NCBI GenBank assembly: GCA_012841675.1
Contig: DUUG01000244.1
Coordinates: 1 to 30,787 of the forward strand
Source: Clostridiales bacterium
GTDB lineage: Bacteria; Bacillota; Clostridia; Oscillospirales; QAMX01
DNA length: 30,787 nucleotides
Direction: 5' to 3'
The notes under the pieces: model-generated
What the model was told of the DNA's origin: nothing
The model's input: the letters and a program-made list of their open reading frames with translations, nothing else
Database searches by the model: none
Part shown: positions 1-8,806 of the stretch, one piece after another
How positions within the stretch are numbered: the stretch's first letter is position 1
Layout: every line of letters starts with the position of its first letter
Made by a program: the position numbers and the translations under genes

Positions 1-846
1 CTCAATAGAGGGGCAGTACCGAGCGCCCACACCTTTAATAGTTCCCCCGCCGTACAAAGGCGAGCGGTGCAGGTTTTGCCGGATAATTTCATGGGTTTTT
101 TCGTTTGTGTAAATTAAATAACAGCTTGCTTGGTTTTTCGGCGGAATTTCCGTTTCATAGGAAAAGGGAACCACGTTTTCGTCGCCCTTTTGCTCCTCCG
201 AAACGGAAAGGTCTATGGTGCGGCGGTTAAGCCGGGCAGGTGTGCCCGTTTTGAACCGGCGCAAAGCAAGGCCCGCTTTTTGCAAAGACTCGGCCAGCCG
301 CACCGAAGGGAACATACCGTCGGGCCCGCTGTCAAGCCGCACCTCGCCGATAATAATCTGGGCGTTTAAAAACGTTCCCGATGCGATAATAACCGTTTTC
401 GCGTTGTATCTGGCGCCTGTTTGGGTGATAACGGCGGAAACGGCGTTGTTTTCAATGACAATATCCACAATTTCCGCCTGGCGGAGAGTGAGATTTTCCT
501 GTTTTTCCAGCACATGCTTCATATAGGCCTGGTATTTTCTCCGGTCGGCCTGCGCTCTAAGGGAATGGACGGCCGGCCCCTTGCCCGTGTTCAGCATCCG
601 ATACTGAATACAGCAGGCGTCCGCCGCCCGGCCCATTTCGCCGCCTAAAGCATCAATCTCTCGAACCAATTGCCCTTTGCCCGTGCCGCCGATGGCCGGG
701 TTGCAGGGCATATTGCCAATGGCATCTAAATTCATCGTAAAGCAGACGGTGGACGCGCCTAGCCGTGCCGCGGCCAAGGCCGCCTCAATGCCGGCATGCC
801 CCGCCCCGATGACGGCCACATCAAAGCTTCCTGCTAAAAACCCCAT
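1..846 (-). CDS. mnmG: tRNA uridine-5-carboxymethylaminomethyl(34) synthesis enzyme MnmG (GidA), 5' part; runs off the window start
   Basis: Not in the ORF track (no stop in window). Manual translation from ATG at 846 gives [30 protein letters not shown]...[27 protein letters not shown]...RFKTGTPAR...RYCPSIE, the typical MnmG motifs. Directly downstream of mnmE. Confidence 0.97.
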   Translation of the reverse strand, partial: MGFLAGSFDVAVIGAGHAGIEAALAAARLGASTVCFTMNLDAIGNMPCNPAIGGTGKGQLVREIDALGGEMGRAADACCIQYRMLNTGKGPAVHSLRAQADRRKYQAYMKHVLEKQENLTLRQAEIVDIVIENNAVSAVITQTGARYNAKTVIIASGTFLNAQIIIGEVRLDSGPDGMFPSVRLAESLQKAGLALRRFKTGTPARLNRRTIDLSVSEEQKGDENVVPFSYETEIPPKNQASCYLIYTNEKTHEIIRQNLHRSPLYGGGTIKGVGARYCPSIE

Positions 847-884
847 GGGTTGCTTCCTTCCTTGTGTAATGCTTACTAGTTCTG

Positions 885-2261
885 CTATTTTCCCACACAG
901 AACCGCTCAAAAACTCGATTTAATATATCTTCCGAAACGGCCCGGCCGGTAACCTCCGAAAGGGCCGAACAAGCCGATTCCACGTCTATCCATGCCACAT
1001 CCGGCGTTATCCCATGCATAAGGGCATCGGCCGCCGCTTTGGCATGCAGCCCTGCCCGGCGCAAAGCCTCCGCCTGCCGCCGGTTGGTAATAATGCTGCC
1101 GTCGGGCTTTAATTGCCCCGTTCCAAACAGCTCTTGCACCCGCTTGGTAAGCGCCTTAACCCCTTCGCCTGTTTTGGTGGAAATGGGCAGGGGGGTTTTT
1201 TCTTTCAAAAACTCCGCCATTTCTCTATTTTCGGGCAGGTCGGCCTTGTTTTTTATAAAAATAACGGGGGCGCCGCTTTGCTCTGCCTCGACTAAAACGG
1301 CAATATCTTCTTTCGTGGGGGGTTGATTTTGGTCAAAAAGGGCCAAAATAAGACCGGCACGACTGGCGGCCTCTTTGGCGCGGGCAACACCAATTTTCTC
1401 CACGGGGTCATCGCTTTCTCTTAGACCTGCCGTATCCACCAGCCGAAGCAAAACGCCGCCTAGGTTTGCCGACGCTTCCAGCGTGTCTCGGGTGGTGCCT
1501 GCAATGTCGGTGACAATGGCCCGGTCGGTGTTGGCCAAAGTGTTGAGCAGGGAGGATTTGCCCGCGTTGGGTCGCCCTAGCAACACGCAAGAAATGCCCT
1601 CGGTAAACAATCTGCCGGCGGCAAAGCTGTCGGAAAGAGAAATAAGCCGGCGGGAAATTTCAACAAGGCTTTTTTGCGATTCCGAAAGATCCGGCGGCTC
1701 TATGTCTTCCTCCGTGTAGTCAATGTAGGCGGTAAAATGGGCCGCATGGGCAAGAAGGGCCTCGTTCATTTGCTCAAGCTCGTCGGCCAGCGGCCCGGCA
1801 AGCTGTGCCGCGGCGTTTTGCGCCCCTTCCGACGTTTCCGCATGGATTAAATCGGCCACCGCCTCCGCCTGTGTTAACGTCAGCTTGCCGTTTAACAAAG
1901 CGCGCCTTGTAAATTCGCCGGGAAGCGCCGCTCTTGCGCCTTCCTCGTAGCAAAGGCGCAAAATCCGGCTGACAAGCAGCATGCCGCCGTGGCACTGGAT
2001 TTCCACGCTGTCTTCGCCCGTATAGCTTTTGGGGGCGCGGAAATAAAAGGCCAAGCACTCGTCCATGACAGGCCCGCCCGGCTTAGAAACCGTGCCGAAT
2101 ATAACTTGCCTGGGGGGCTTGTCCGACAGACGCCCGCCGGCGACAGGGCGAAAAATCCGGTCGGCAATGGAAATTGCCGCCGGACCGGAAATGCGTATAA
2201 TCGCCACCGCACCGGTGGCCGGCGGTGTGGCAGCCGCCGCAATTGTATCAAAGCCAGACAT
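885..2261 (-). CDS. mnmE: tRNA modification GTPase MnmE (TrmE)
   Basis: N-terminal [19 protein letters not shown]1 [25 protein letters not shown]-terminal FCVGK. Confidence 0.98.
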   Translation of the reverse strand: MSGFDTIAAAATPPATGAVAIIRISGPAAISIADRIFRPVAGGRLSDKPPRQVIFGTVSKPGGPVMDECLAFYFRAPKSYTGEDSVEIQCHGGMLLVSRILRLCYEEGARAALPGEFTRRALLNGKLTLTQAEAVADLIHAETSEGAQNAAAQLAGPLADELEQMNEALLAHAAHFTAYIDYTEEDIEPPDLSESQKSLVEISRRLISLSDSFAAGRLFTEGISCVLLGRPNAGKSSLLNTLANTDRAIVTDIAGTTRDTLEASANLGGVLLRLVDTAGLRESDDPVEKIGVARAKEAASRAGLILALFDQNQPPTKEDIAVLVEAEQSGAPVIFIKNKADLPENREMAEFLKEKTPLPISTKTGEGVKALTKRVQELFGTGQLKPDGSIITNRRQAEALRRAGLHAKAAADALMHGITPDVAWIDVESACSALSEVTGRAVSEDILNRVFERFCVGK

Positions 2262-2309
2262 GGCAGTTTCTTCCTTTCACACGTAGGACAGAAAAATTTT
2301 TCCTACTAT

Positions 2310-2337
2310 ATTATACCCATAAAATTTTATCTGTCAA
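2310..2337 (-). promoter_or_regulatory. sigmaA-type promoter for mnmE-mnmG
   Basis: Minus strand reads TTGACA-N16-TATAAT (plus strand TGTCAA 2332-2337, ATTATA 2310-2315), about 50 nt upstream of the mnmE start. Confidence 0.8.
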
Positions 2338-2569
2338 ACAGACGCATTCTTCGTTAGTTTGCCAAGCCAAAAAGAATAAAAATAAACAAAATTGCTCAAG
2401 CTGCAATTCCGCGGGGCTATATGCGGCAAATTATGGGGCCCATTGTTACTATTCCGTCCGGTTCTAGGGTTTTTTTCGCTTGCAAACAAGGCCGTTTTGT
2501 GATACCCTTATTTTGTATAAATGCGGCGCTTAGAAAATAGAGGAAGCCGCGGATAACCTGGGGAGTGAA

Positions 2570-3154
2570 ATGAGTAAAATGGAAAAATTGGAGGTTTTGG
2601 TAGAGGTTTCGGCCCGCCATGTTCACCTATCCAAAGAGCACGTTGAGATTTTGTTCGGCGAAGGTGCCGTTTTGACGCCTAACCGCGATTTGTCCCAGCC
2701 GGGGCAGTTTCTCAGTAACGAGCGCGTGAATCTAATCGGCCCAAGAAGCCTTATGAACAATGTGGCCGTTCTCGGTCCGGAACGACCGGCCACCCAGGTG
2801 GAAATTTCTTTGACAGATGCAAGAGCTTTAGGTGTCACCGCACCTATTCGGGAAAGCGGCGATGTCGCCGGCAGCGGCTCTATTGTCATCGAAGGCCCTA
2901 ACGGCACGGTGGAACTGGCGGAAGGTGTCATTGCCGCTAAGCGTCATCTCCACGTTTCCGACACCGATGCGGAAAAATACGGGCTTAAGGATAAGCAGAT
3001 TGTCAAAGTACGCGTTGACGGCCAACGGCCGTTGGTTTTCGACGACGTTGTTGTCCGCGTGAATAAGAACTTTGCCACCGCCATGCACATTGATATTGAC
3101 GAAGCCAACGCAGCAGCGGCTTCCGGAAAGGGCATGGGCGAGGTTCTGCCTTAA
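2570..3154 (+). CDS. pduL: PduL-family phosphate acyltransferase (phosphotransacetylase/propanoyltransferase)
   Basis: Motifs VSARHVHLS, DLSQPGQF, VLGPERPATQVEISLTDA, GVIAAKRHLH, MHIDIDEANAA. RBS GGGAG upstream. An alternative start at 2579 is possible. Confidence 0.9.
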   Translation: MSKMEKLEVLVEVSARHVHLSKEHVEILFGEGAVLTPNRDLSQPGQFLSNERVNLIGPRSLMNNVAVLGPERPATQVEISLTDARALGVTAPIRESGDVAGSGSIVIEGPNGTVELAEGVIAAKRHLHVSDTDAEKYGLKDKQIVKVRVDGQRPLVFDDVVVRVNKNFATAMHIDIDEANAAAASGKGMGEVLP

Positions 3155-3191
3155 ATTACGGAGGGAACGCATTGCGTTCCCTTGACCGTAT

Positions 3192-3219
3192 GTGCCGCCT
3201 CATACGTATGAGGCGGCAC
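3192..3219. repeat. Perfect 28-bp palindrome (GTGCCGCCTCATACGTATGAGGCGGCAC), preceded by a 9-bp-stem hairpin at 3162-3182
   Basis: Read directly from the sequence. The reverse complement of GTGCCGCCTCATAC is GTATGAGGCGGCAC. AGGGAACGC-ATT-GCGTTCCCT lies just upstream. Confidence 0.9.
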
Positions 3220-3323
3220 CATTCCAGCCGGAATAACGCATATAAAATTCCGCAGATTATACCCATGCGCAGATATTGCAGAGCAAACGGCTCGGCAATT
3301 TTGTAAATAGGAAGGGGATTATC

Positions 3324-4193
3324 ATGAAAAAGTTTCTCATCATCAACGCAGATGACTGTGGTATGTGTCATGCGGCCAATATGGCCACATTTGACCTGTT
3401 CGAGAAAGGCGGTATTACCTCCGCAACGATTATGACTCCCTGCGGCTGGGCGCCGGAGGCTCTTGCCTACGCCAAAGCCCATCCTGAATTTGCCTTCGGA
3501 ACCCATTTAACTTTTACCAGCGAGTGGAAAAAATACCGCTGGCGCCCCATTTCCAGAACTTGCACAGACAGCCTGCGCGACGAGTACGGCCTTATGCACT
3601 TCCACTGTGACGGCTTCGAAGCAAACGCCAAGGCCGACGAAGTAGAGGCCGAAATCCGCGCCCAAATCAAATTTATGCAGGATCTCGGGGTAGAGCCTTC
3701 CCATATTGACAACCACATGGGCTCTCTCTACGGTTTGGAAGGATTCCAAAACTTTTTGCCCCTTGTCTTAAAAATTTGCGCCGAGCTGGGGTATGCTTTC
3801 CGGCTCCCCCGCAAGAGCCATGAGGAAAGACCCGCGGAATTCATCGAGCATCTTGAAAAAATGTGCGCCATTGCCGACGAGTTCAACGTTCCCATTATCG
3901 ACTACCTCTGGGTACATAACTTTAAGGGCCCCCAGAGCGAAAGCTATGAAAGCTTCCGCGATTATATGTATACCCGCTTTGAAAACTGCCCGGAGGGCAT
4001 TGTGGAAACGTATATCCACCCCGCCGTCGAATGCGATGAGCTGAAAAATACAAGCAGTCTGTGGCGGAACCGGGTTTGGGAGTATCAGCTGTTTGCCGAT
4101 CCCGCCACGAGAAAGCACATCGAACAGAACAACATTAAACTGATTAGCTACCGTGACCTGGCCGCAGCCCGTGCGGAATTGGCGGCCGAATAA
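3324..4193 (+). CDS. YdjC/ChbG/HpnK-family carbohydrate deacetylase
   Basis: LIINADDCG, HLTFTSEW, SHIDNHMGS and YIHPA motifs. Start set at ATG 3324 behind GGAAGGGG rather than 3276. Confidence 0.85.
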   Translation: MKKFLIINADDCGMCHAANMATFDLFEKGGITSATIMTPCGWAPEALAYAKAHPEFAFGTHLTFTSEWKKYRWRPISRTCTDSLRDEYGLMHFHCDGFEANAKADEVEAEIRAQIKFMQDLGVEPSHIDNHMGSLYGLEGFQNFLPLVLKICAELGYAFRLPRKSHEERPAEFIEHLEKMCAIADEFNVPIIDYLWVHNFKGPQSESYESFRDYMYTRFENCPEGIVETYIHPAVECDELKNTSSLWRNRVWEYQLFADPATRKHIEQNNIKLISYRDLAAARAELAAE

Positions 4194-4215
4194 GTCAGAC
4201 GAAAGGAACATTTCC

Positions 4216-5028
4216 ATGATCTTTCTTGACCGGGCCGAAATCCGCCGTGTAGTGGTAAAGGTCGGCTCGTCTACGCTGACCCATGAAGCGACGGGAAAAT
4301 TGAATCTCCGTCGCATCCAACAGCTTGTGACGGCCTTGGCCGATTTGAAAAACTCCGGCCGGGACGTGGTTTTGGTAACCTCCGGCGCCGTTGCCGCCGG
4401 CATGGATCGGCTTGGCCTTTGCGAACGGCCCAAAACCATCAAGGAAAAGCAGGCCGCCGCTTCCGTGGGGCAGTGCGCGCTGTTACATATCTACGATAAG
4501 TTATTTAACGAATATGGGCATACTGTAGGACAGATTCTCCTGACCAAAGACGTTTTGGAACGGGAGGTTACTCGCAAAAACGCGGAAAACACCTTTGAAA
4601 CCATGCTGTCCTACGGGGTGATTCCCGTTGTCAACGAAAACGACGCCATCTCCACCTATGAGATTGAAAGCATGACGAGCTTTGGTGACAATGACCGTCT
4701 GTCGGCGTATGTGGCCGTGCTTTGCAAGGCAGATCTCCTTATTTTGCTTTCCGACATTACAGGACTGTATGACGGGGATCCCAGAGAAAACGACGAAGCA
4801 AGGCTTATTCCGCTAGTGCGGGAAATCACGCCGGAGCTTCGCGCCATGGCCGGCGGCTCCAAGTCTAACGTGGGCACTGGCGGCATGGCCACCAAGCTAG
4901 ACGCGGCGGAAATTGCCACCGACGCCGGCATCGATATGGTCATCACCAACGGCAGCGAGCCCTTGCACATACTAGATATTTGCGACGGCCGCCTGCGCGG
5001 AACGCTTTTTACCAGAAAAGGGGGATAA
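4216..5028 (+). CDS. proB: Glutamate 5-kinase (short form, no PUA domain)
   Basis: VVVKVGSSTLT, VTSGAVAAG, KQAAASVGQ, PVVNENDAIS, FGDNDRLSA, GTGGMATKL. Start ATG 4216 after GAAAGGA. Confidence 0.95.
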   Translation: MIFLDRAEIRRVVVKVGSSTLTHEATGKLNLRRIQQLVTALADLKNSGRDVVLVTSGAVAAGMDRLGLCERPKTIKEKQAAASVGQCALLHIYDKLFNEYGHTVGQILLTKDVLEREVTRKNAENTFETMLSYGVIPVVNENDAISTYEIESMTSFGDNDRLSAYVAVLCKADLLILLSDITGLYDGDPRENDEARLIPLVREITPELRAMAGGSKSNVGTGGMATKLDAAEIATDAGIDMVITNGSEPLHILDICDGRLRGTLFTRKGG

Positions 5029-5032
5029 GACG

Positions 5033-6307
5033 ATGAACGCAGCCGAGCTTATAAAAAGGCAGGGCGAAAAAGCCCGGGCCGCCGCCCGCTTTTTGGCCGT
5101 TGCCGGGCAAAATGAAAAAAACAGGGCATTAACTTTTATTGCGGACGCCCTTTTGCAAAACATTCCCATGATTTTGGCCGAGAACGAAAAGGATATCAAA
5201 GCGGCGGAAAGCGCCGGCATGCGTCCGTCCCTTTTAGACCGGCTTCGTTTAACGCCTGCCCGCATTGAAGCCATGGCCGCAGGTGTGCGCGAGCTGGTGG
5301 CGGCGGCCGACCCGGTCAACGAGGTCATCCACGAAACGGTGCGCCCCAACGGGCTTCGCATTGGGCAGAAGCGGGTGCCGCTGGGTGTTATCGGTATTAT
5401 TTTTGAAGCCCGTCCCAACGTAACTGTGGATGCGGCGGCGTTGTGCTTAAAAGCGGGCAATGCCTGCATTTTGCGGGGCGGGCGGGAGGCCCTTAATTCC
5501 AACATGGCCCTTAGCAACTTAATGCGCTCTGCTTTGGAAAGCGCCGGGCTTCCGGCGGACTGTGTGTATCTGCTGGAGGACACGACCCGCGACGGTGCCA
5601 ATGCCATGATGAGGGCAAGCGGCATTCTCGACGTGTTAATTCCCAGAGGCGGCGCGGGGCTCATTCGTGCCGTGGTGGAAAACGCCACTGTGCCCGTTAT
5701 CGAAACGGGGGTGGGCAACTGTCACGTCTATGTAGAAGCGTCGGCAAAGCCCGACATGGCAGTTTCCATTGTCAACAACGCCAAAACCTCCCGGCCGTCG
5801 GTCTGTAACGCAGCGGAAACGTTGCTTGTTGACCGCAAATGCGCCAAAATGCTGCTTCCGCCTATTGTAAAAGCGCTGGAAGAAAGTATAGCGGCGAAAA
5901 ACGAAACACCACGCCTTTATGGATGCGCCGAAACAAGGGACATTTTAGGCGAGAAGGTTTCTTTGGCCACCGAGGAGGACTACTTTACGGAGTATCTGGA
6001 CTATTCGCTTGCCATTAAGGTGGTATCCGGGGTCGACGAGGCCATTGCCCACATCGCCAAGTACGGCTCGGGTCACAGCGATGCCATCGTCACCTCCGAC
6101 TATTTTATCGCCGAGCGTTTCTTAAACGAAGTGGATGCCGCCGCCGTCTACGTCAACGCCTCCACCCGGTTTACCGACGGGGGCGAGTTCGGCCTAGGCG
6201 CAGAAATCGGAATATCCACCCAGAAGCTGCATGCCAGAGGCCCCATGGGACTAGCAGCGCTTACCACCATTAAATTCGTCGTCCGGGGCGAGGGGCAAAT
6301 CCGGTAA
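5033..6307 (+). CDS. proA: Gamma-glutamyl phosphate reductase
   Basis: VPLGVIGIIFEARPNVT, LKAGNACILRGG, CNAAETLL, NASTRFTDGGEFGLGAEIGISTQKLHARGPMGL. Confidence 0.97.
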   Translation: MNAAELIKRQGEKARAAARFLAVAGQNEKNRALTFIADALLQNIPMILAENEKDIKAAESAGMRPSLLDRLRLTPARIEAMAAGVRELVAAADPVNEVIHETVRPNGLRIGQKRVPLGVIGIIFEARPNVTVDAAALCLKAGNACILRGGREALNSNMALSNLMRSALESAGLPADCVYLLEDTTRDGANAMMRASGILDVLIPRGGAGLIRAVVENATVPVIETGVGNCHVYVEASAKPDMAVSIVNNAKTSRPSVCNAAETLLVDRKCAKMLLPPIVKALEESIAAKNETPRLYGCAETRDILGEKVSLATEEDYFTEYLDYSLAIKVVSGVDEAIAHIAKYGSGHSDAIVTSDYFIAERFLNEVDAAAVYVNASTRFTDGGEFGLGAEIGISTQKLHARGPMGLAALTTIKFVVRGEGQIR

Positions 6308-6338
6308 AACACAATAGTAAAGGGGATACATTGCCGCT

Positions 6339-7823
6339 ATGCAGCAGGGATTTGACAATCAGCTGTATGTTCAAAAACAGACCGAGCAAATTAGAAACCG
6401 CATTTCCCAATTCCAGGGCAAGTTATATCTGGAGTTTGGCGGAAAGCTGTTTGACGATTACCATGCCGCCCGGGTTCTGCCGGGCTTTGATGTGAACGCC
6501 AAAATTAATCTTTTGCTGGAAATGCGGGACATTGCCGAGATTATCCTCTGCATCAGCGCAGGCGCCATTGAAAAGAACAAGCTTCGCTCTGACGTTGGCT
6601 TGACCTACGATATGGATGTGCTTCGCTTTATTGACGATATGCAGCGGCTATCCCTTTCTGTCAACTCCGTCGTCATCACCCAGTACGACGGCCAGCCGGC
6701 GGCCGACCGGTTTTACCGCAAGCTTAAAAACATGGGCATCCGTTGTTACCTCCACCGGCTGACCAAGGGCTATCCCACGGATGTGGAAACCATTATCAGC
6801 CCCGAGGGGTACGGCAGAAACCCCTACATTGAAACCACCCGGCCATTGGTCGTTGTGACAGCTCCCGGGCCCAGCAGCGGCAAGCTGGCCACGTGCCTTT
6901 CCCAGCTGTACCATGAGCACCAGCGAGGTGTTATGGCCGGCTATGCCAAGTTTGAAACCTTCCCCCTCTGGAACCTGCCGTTAAAGCACCCAGTCAACCT
7001 GGCCTACGAGGCGGCAACGGCGGATTTGAAAGATGTCAACATGATCGACCCCTACCACTTGGAGGCCTACGGTACCACCACCGTCAACTACAACCGGGAT
7101 ATTGAGGTTTTTCCCATTGTGCGCACCATTCTCGGCCGTATAACGGGCAATCCCGATGTGTATAAGTCGCCTACGGACATGGGCGTCAACATGGCAGGCT
7201 ATGCCATTTCCAACGATGCCGTTTGCCGGGAAGCCGCCAAGCAGGAGATTATCCGCCGCTATTTCCAATCCATTTGCGACCAAAAGCGGGGGCTTACAGA
7301 GCAGGATGTCCCCGACCGCATTGAGGTTATTATGCAGCAGCTTGGTTTGACCGAGGAGGACCGTTCGGTGGTGCCTGCCGCGCGGAAGCGCTGGGAGGAA
7401 TTTGGCCGTCCTACTACGGCTATTTCCTTAAAGGACGGCCGTATCATTACGGGCCGCCTGTCGGATCTTTTAACCGCGCCGGCCAGCGCTATCTTAAACG
7501 CCATCAAAACCCTTTCCGGCATGGCAGACCATGTGTATCTGCTTTCGCCGGTAGTTTTAGAGCCTATTTTGCGCATTAAAAAGGATTTTTTACACATGGA
7601 TACCACCCGGCTCAGCGTGGAAGAAGTGCTGATTGCCATGGGCATCTGCGCTGCCACAAACCCCATGGTAGAGCTTGCCGTTTCCAAGCTGTCTGAGCTT
7701 TCCGGCTGCGAGGCCCATTCGACGGTTATGCTGACCAACGCCGACGAGCAGACCTTGCGCCGGCTTGGCATTCGTTTGACCTGCGATCCTGTTTATCTGG
7801 GCAAAAAAGTCCATGCCCTGTAA
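6339..7823 (+). CDS. DUF1846 / UPF0371 family protein of unknown function
   Basis: GFDN..Y...Q...I..RI, KLYLEFGGKLFDDYHAARVLPGF, TAPGPSSGKLATCLSQLYHE, GYAKFETFPLWNLPLKHPVNLAYEAATADL, NYNRDIEVFP, YKSPTDMGVNM. Confidence 0.88.
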   Translation: MQQGFDNQLYVQKQTEQIRNRISQFQGKLYLEFGGKLFDDYHAARVLPGFDVNAKINLLLEMRDIAEIILCISAGAIEKNKLRSDVGLTYDMDVLRFIDDMQRLSLSVNSVVITQYDGQPAADRFYRKLKNMGIRCYLHRLTKGYPTDVETIISPEGYGRNPYIETTRPLVVVTAPGPSSGKLATCLSQLYHEHQRGVMAGYAKFETFPLWNLPLKHPVNLAYEAATADLKDVNMIDPYHLEAYGTTTVNYNRDIEVFPIVRTILGRITGNPDVYKSPTDMGVNMAGYAISNDAVCREAAKQEIIRRYFQSICDQKRGLTEQDVPDRIEVIMQQLGLTEEDRSVVPAARKRWEEFGRPTTAISLKDGRIITGRLSDLLTAPASAILNAIKTLSGMADHVYLLSPVVLEPILRIKKDFLHMDTTRLSVEEVLIAMGICAATNPMVELAVSKLSELSGCEAHSTVMLTNADEQTLRRLGIRLTCDPVYLGKKVHAL

Positions 7824-7849
7824 TTATAATTGAAAGGCCGTGATTCATT

Positions 7850-8770
7850 ATGAAAACCGTACCGAAAGGCGCATATCCTGCCATGCTGACTCCCTTTACG
7901 CTAGATGGTGCCATTGATTATCCCGCTGTTAAACGACTTTTAAAGTGGTATAACGACTGCGGCTGCACAGGCGTGTTGGCCCTGTGCGCCTCCAGCGAGA
8001 CAACCCATCTTTCCTTGGAAGAACGGATTGAACTGGGCAAGTTTATTATGGAAAACAAGGGCAACCTGACCATCATTATCTCCGGGCACGTGTCGGATAC
8101 GCTGGAAGATCAGCTTACAGAGCTGAATGCCATGGCGGCGTTGAAGCCTGCGGCACTTTGCCTTATTGTCTCCCGTCTGAACCAGAACAACGAAACGGAA
8201 GATGAGTTTATTGTCAACATCCAAACCATTATGGACGGTTTAGATGACAAGGAAATTCCCTTGGGCTTCTATGAGTGGCCCGGCCCCCAGAACAGAAGCT
8301 TAAGCGAAAAAATACTCAAATTCTGCGCCGACACGGAACGGTTTGTCTTCCTCAAGGAAACCTCCTGCCGCACCGAGGTTATTCGTGCCAAGATCAAGGC
8401 CGTGGAGGGTTCTAACTTCGGCATCTACAACGCAAACTCGACCCTTCTTTTGGAATCCTTGAAAGACGGCGCCGCCGGCTTCTGCGGCATTATGGGCAAC
8501 TATCATGCCGACCTCTACCAGTGGCTTTGCGACAACTTTGAGAAATACCCCAAGGAAGCCGAGCGTCTGTCGGACTATCTGGGCGTTATGAGTGCGGTCA
8601 CCGATCATTACCCCGCCGCCGCCAAGTATTGCCAGCACCTGTACGGCGCGGAAATGACCACCTACTGCCGCAAGATGGACGGGCTCAACATGTCTGAGCA
8701 GAACCTGTACCGGGTGCGCCAGATGGAGACCGTTGCCAACGAGCTTCGTGCATGGCTTAAAACACTGTAG
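7850..8770 (+). CDS. Dihydrodipicolinate synthase (DapA/NanA/KDG-aldolase)-like class I aldolase
   Basis: YPAMLTPFT, CASSE at the GxxGE position, GFYEWP (catalytic Tyr position), FLKETS (Schiff-base Lys), GAAGFCG. Substrate cannot be determined. Confidence 0.82.
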   Translation: MKTVPKGAYPAMLTPFTLDGAIDYPAVKRLLKWYNDCGCTGVLALCASSETTHLSLEERIELGKFIMENKGNLTIIISGHVSDTLEDQLTELNAMAALKPAALCLIVSRLNQNNETEDEFIVNIQTIMDGLDDKEIPLGFYEWPGPQNRSLSEKILKFCADTERFVFLKETSCRTEVIRAKIKAVEGSNFGIYNANSTLLLESLKDGAAGFCGIMGNYHADLYQWLCDNFEKYPKEAERLSDYLGVMSAVTDHYPAAAKYCQHLYGAEMTTYCRKMDGLNMSEQNLYRVRQMETVANELRAWLKTL

Positions 8771-8806
8771 TCTCTTAAAACACTTTACATACGAGGAGAA
8801 CTTCAG

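Noticed and set aside
2262-4215. T-box or riboswitch controlling proBA
   Set aside because: I found no T-box core (GGTGGTACCGCG-like) or recognisable riboswitch, and only 22 nt separate the YdjC gene from proB. An Rfam scan would be needed to exclude one fully.
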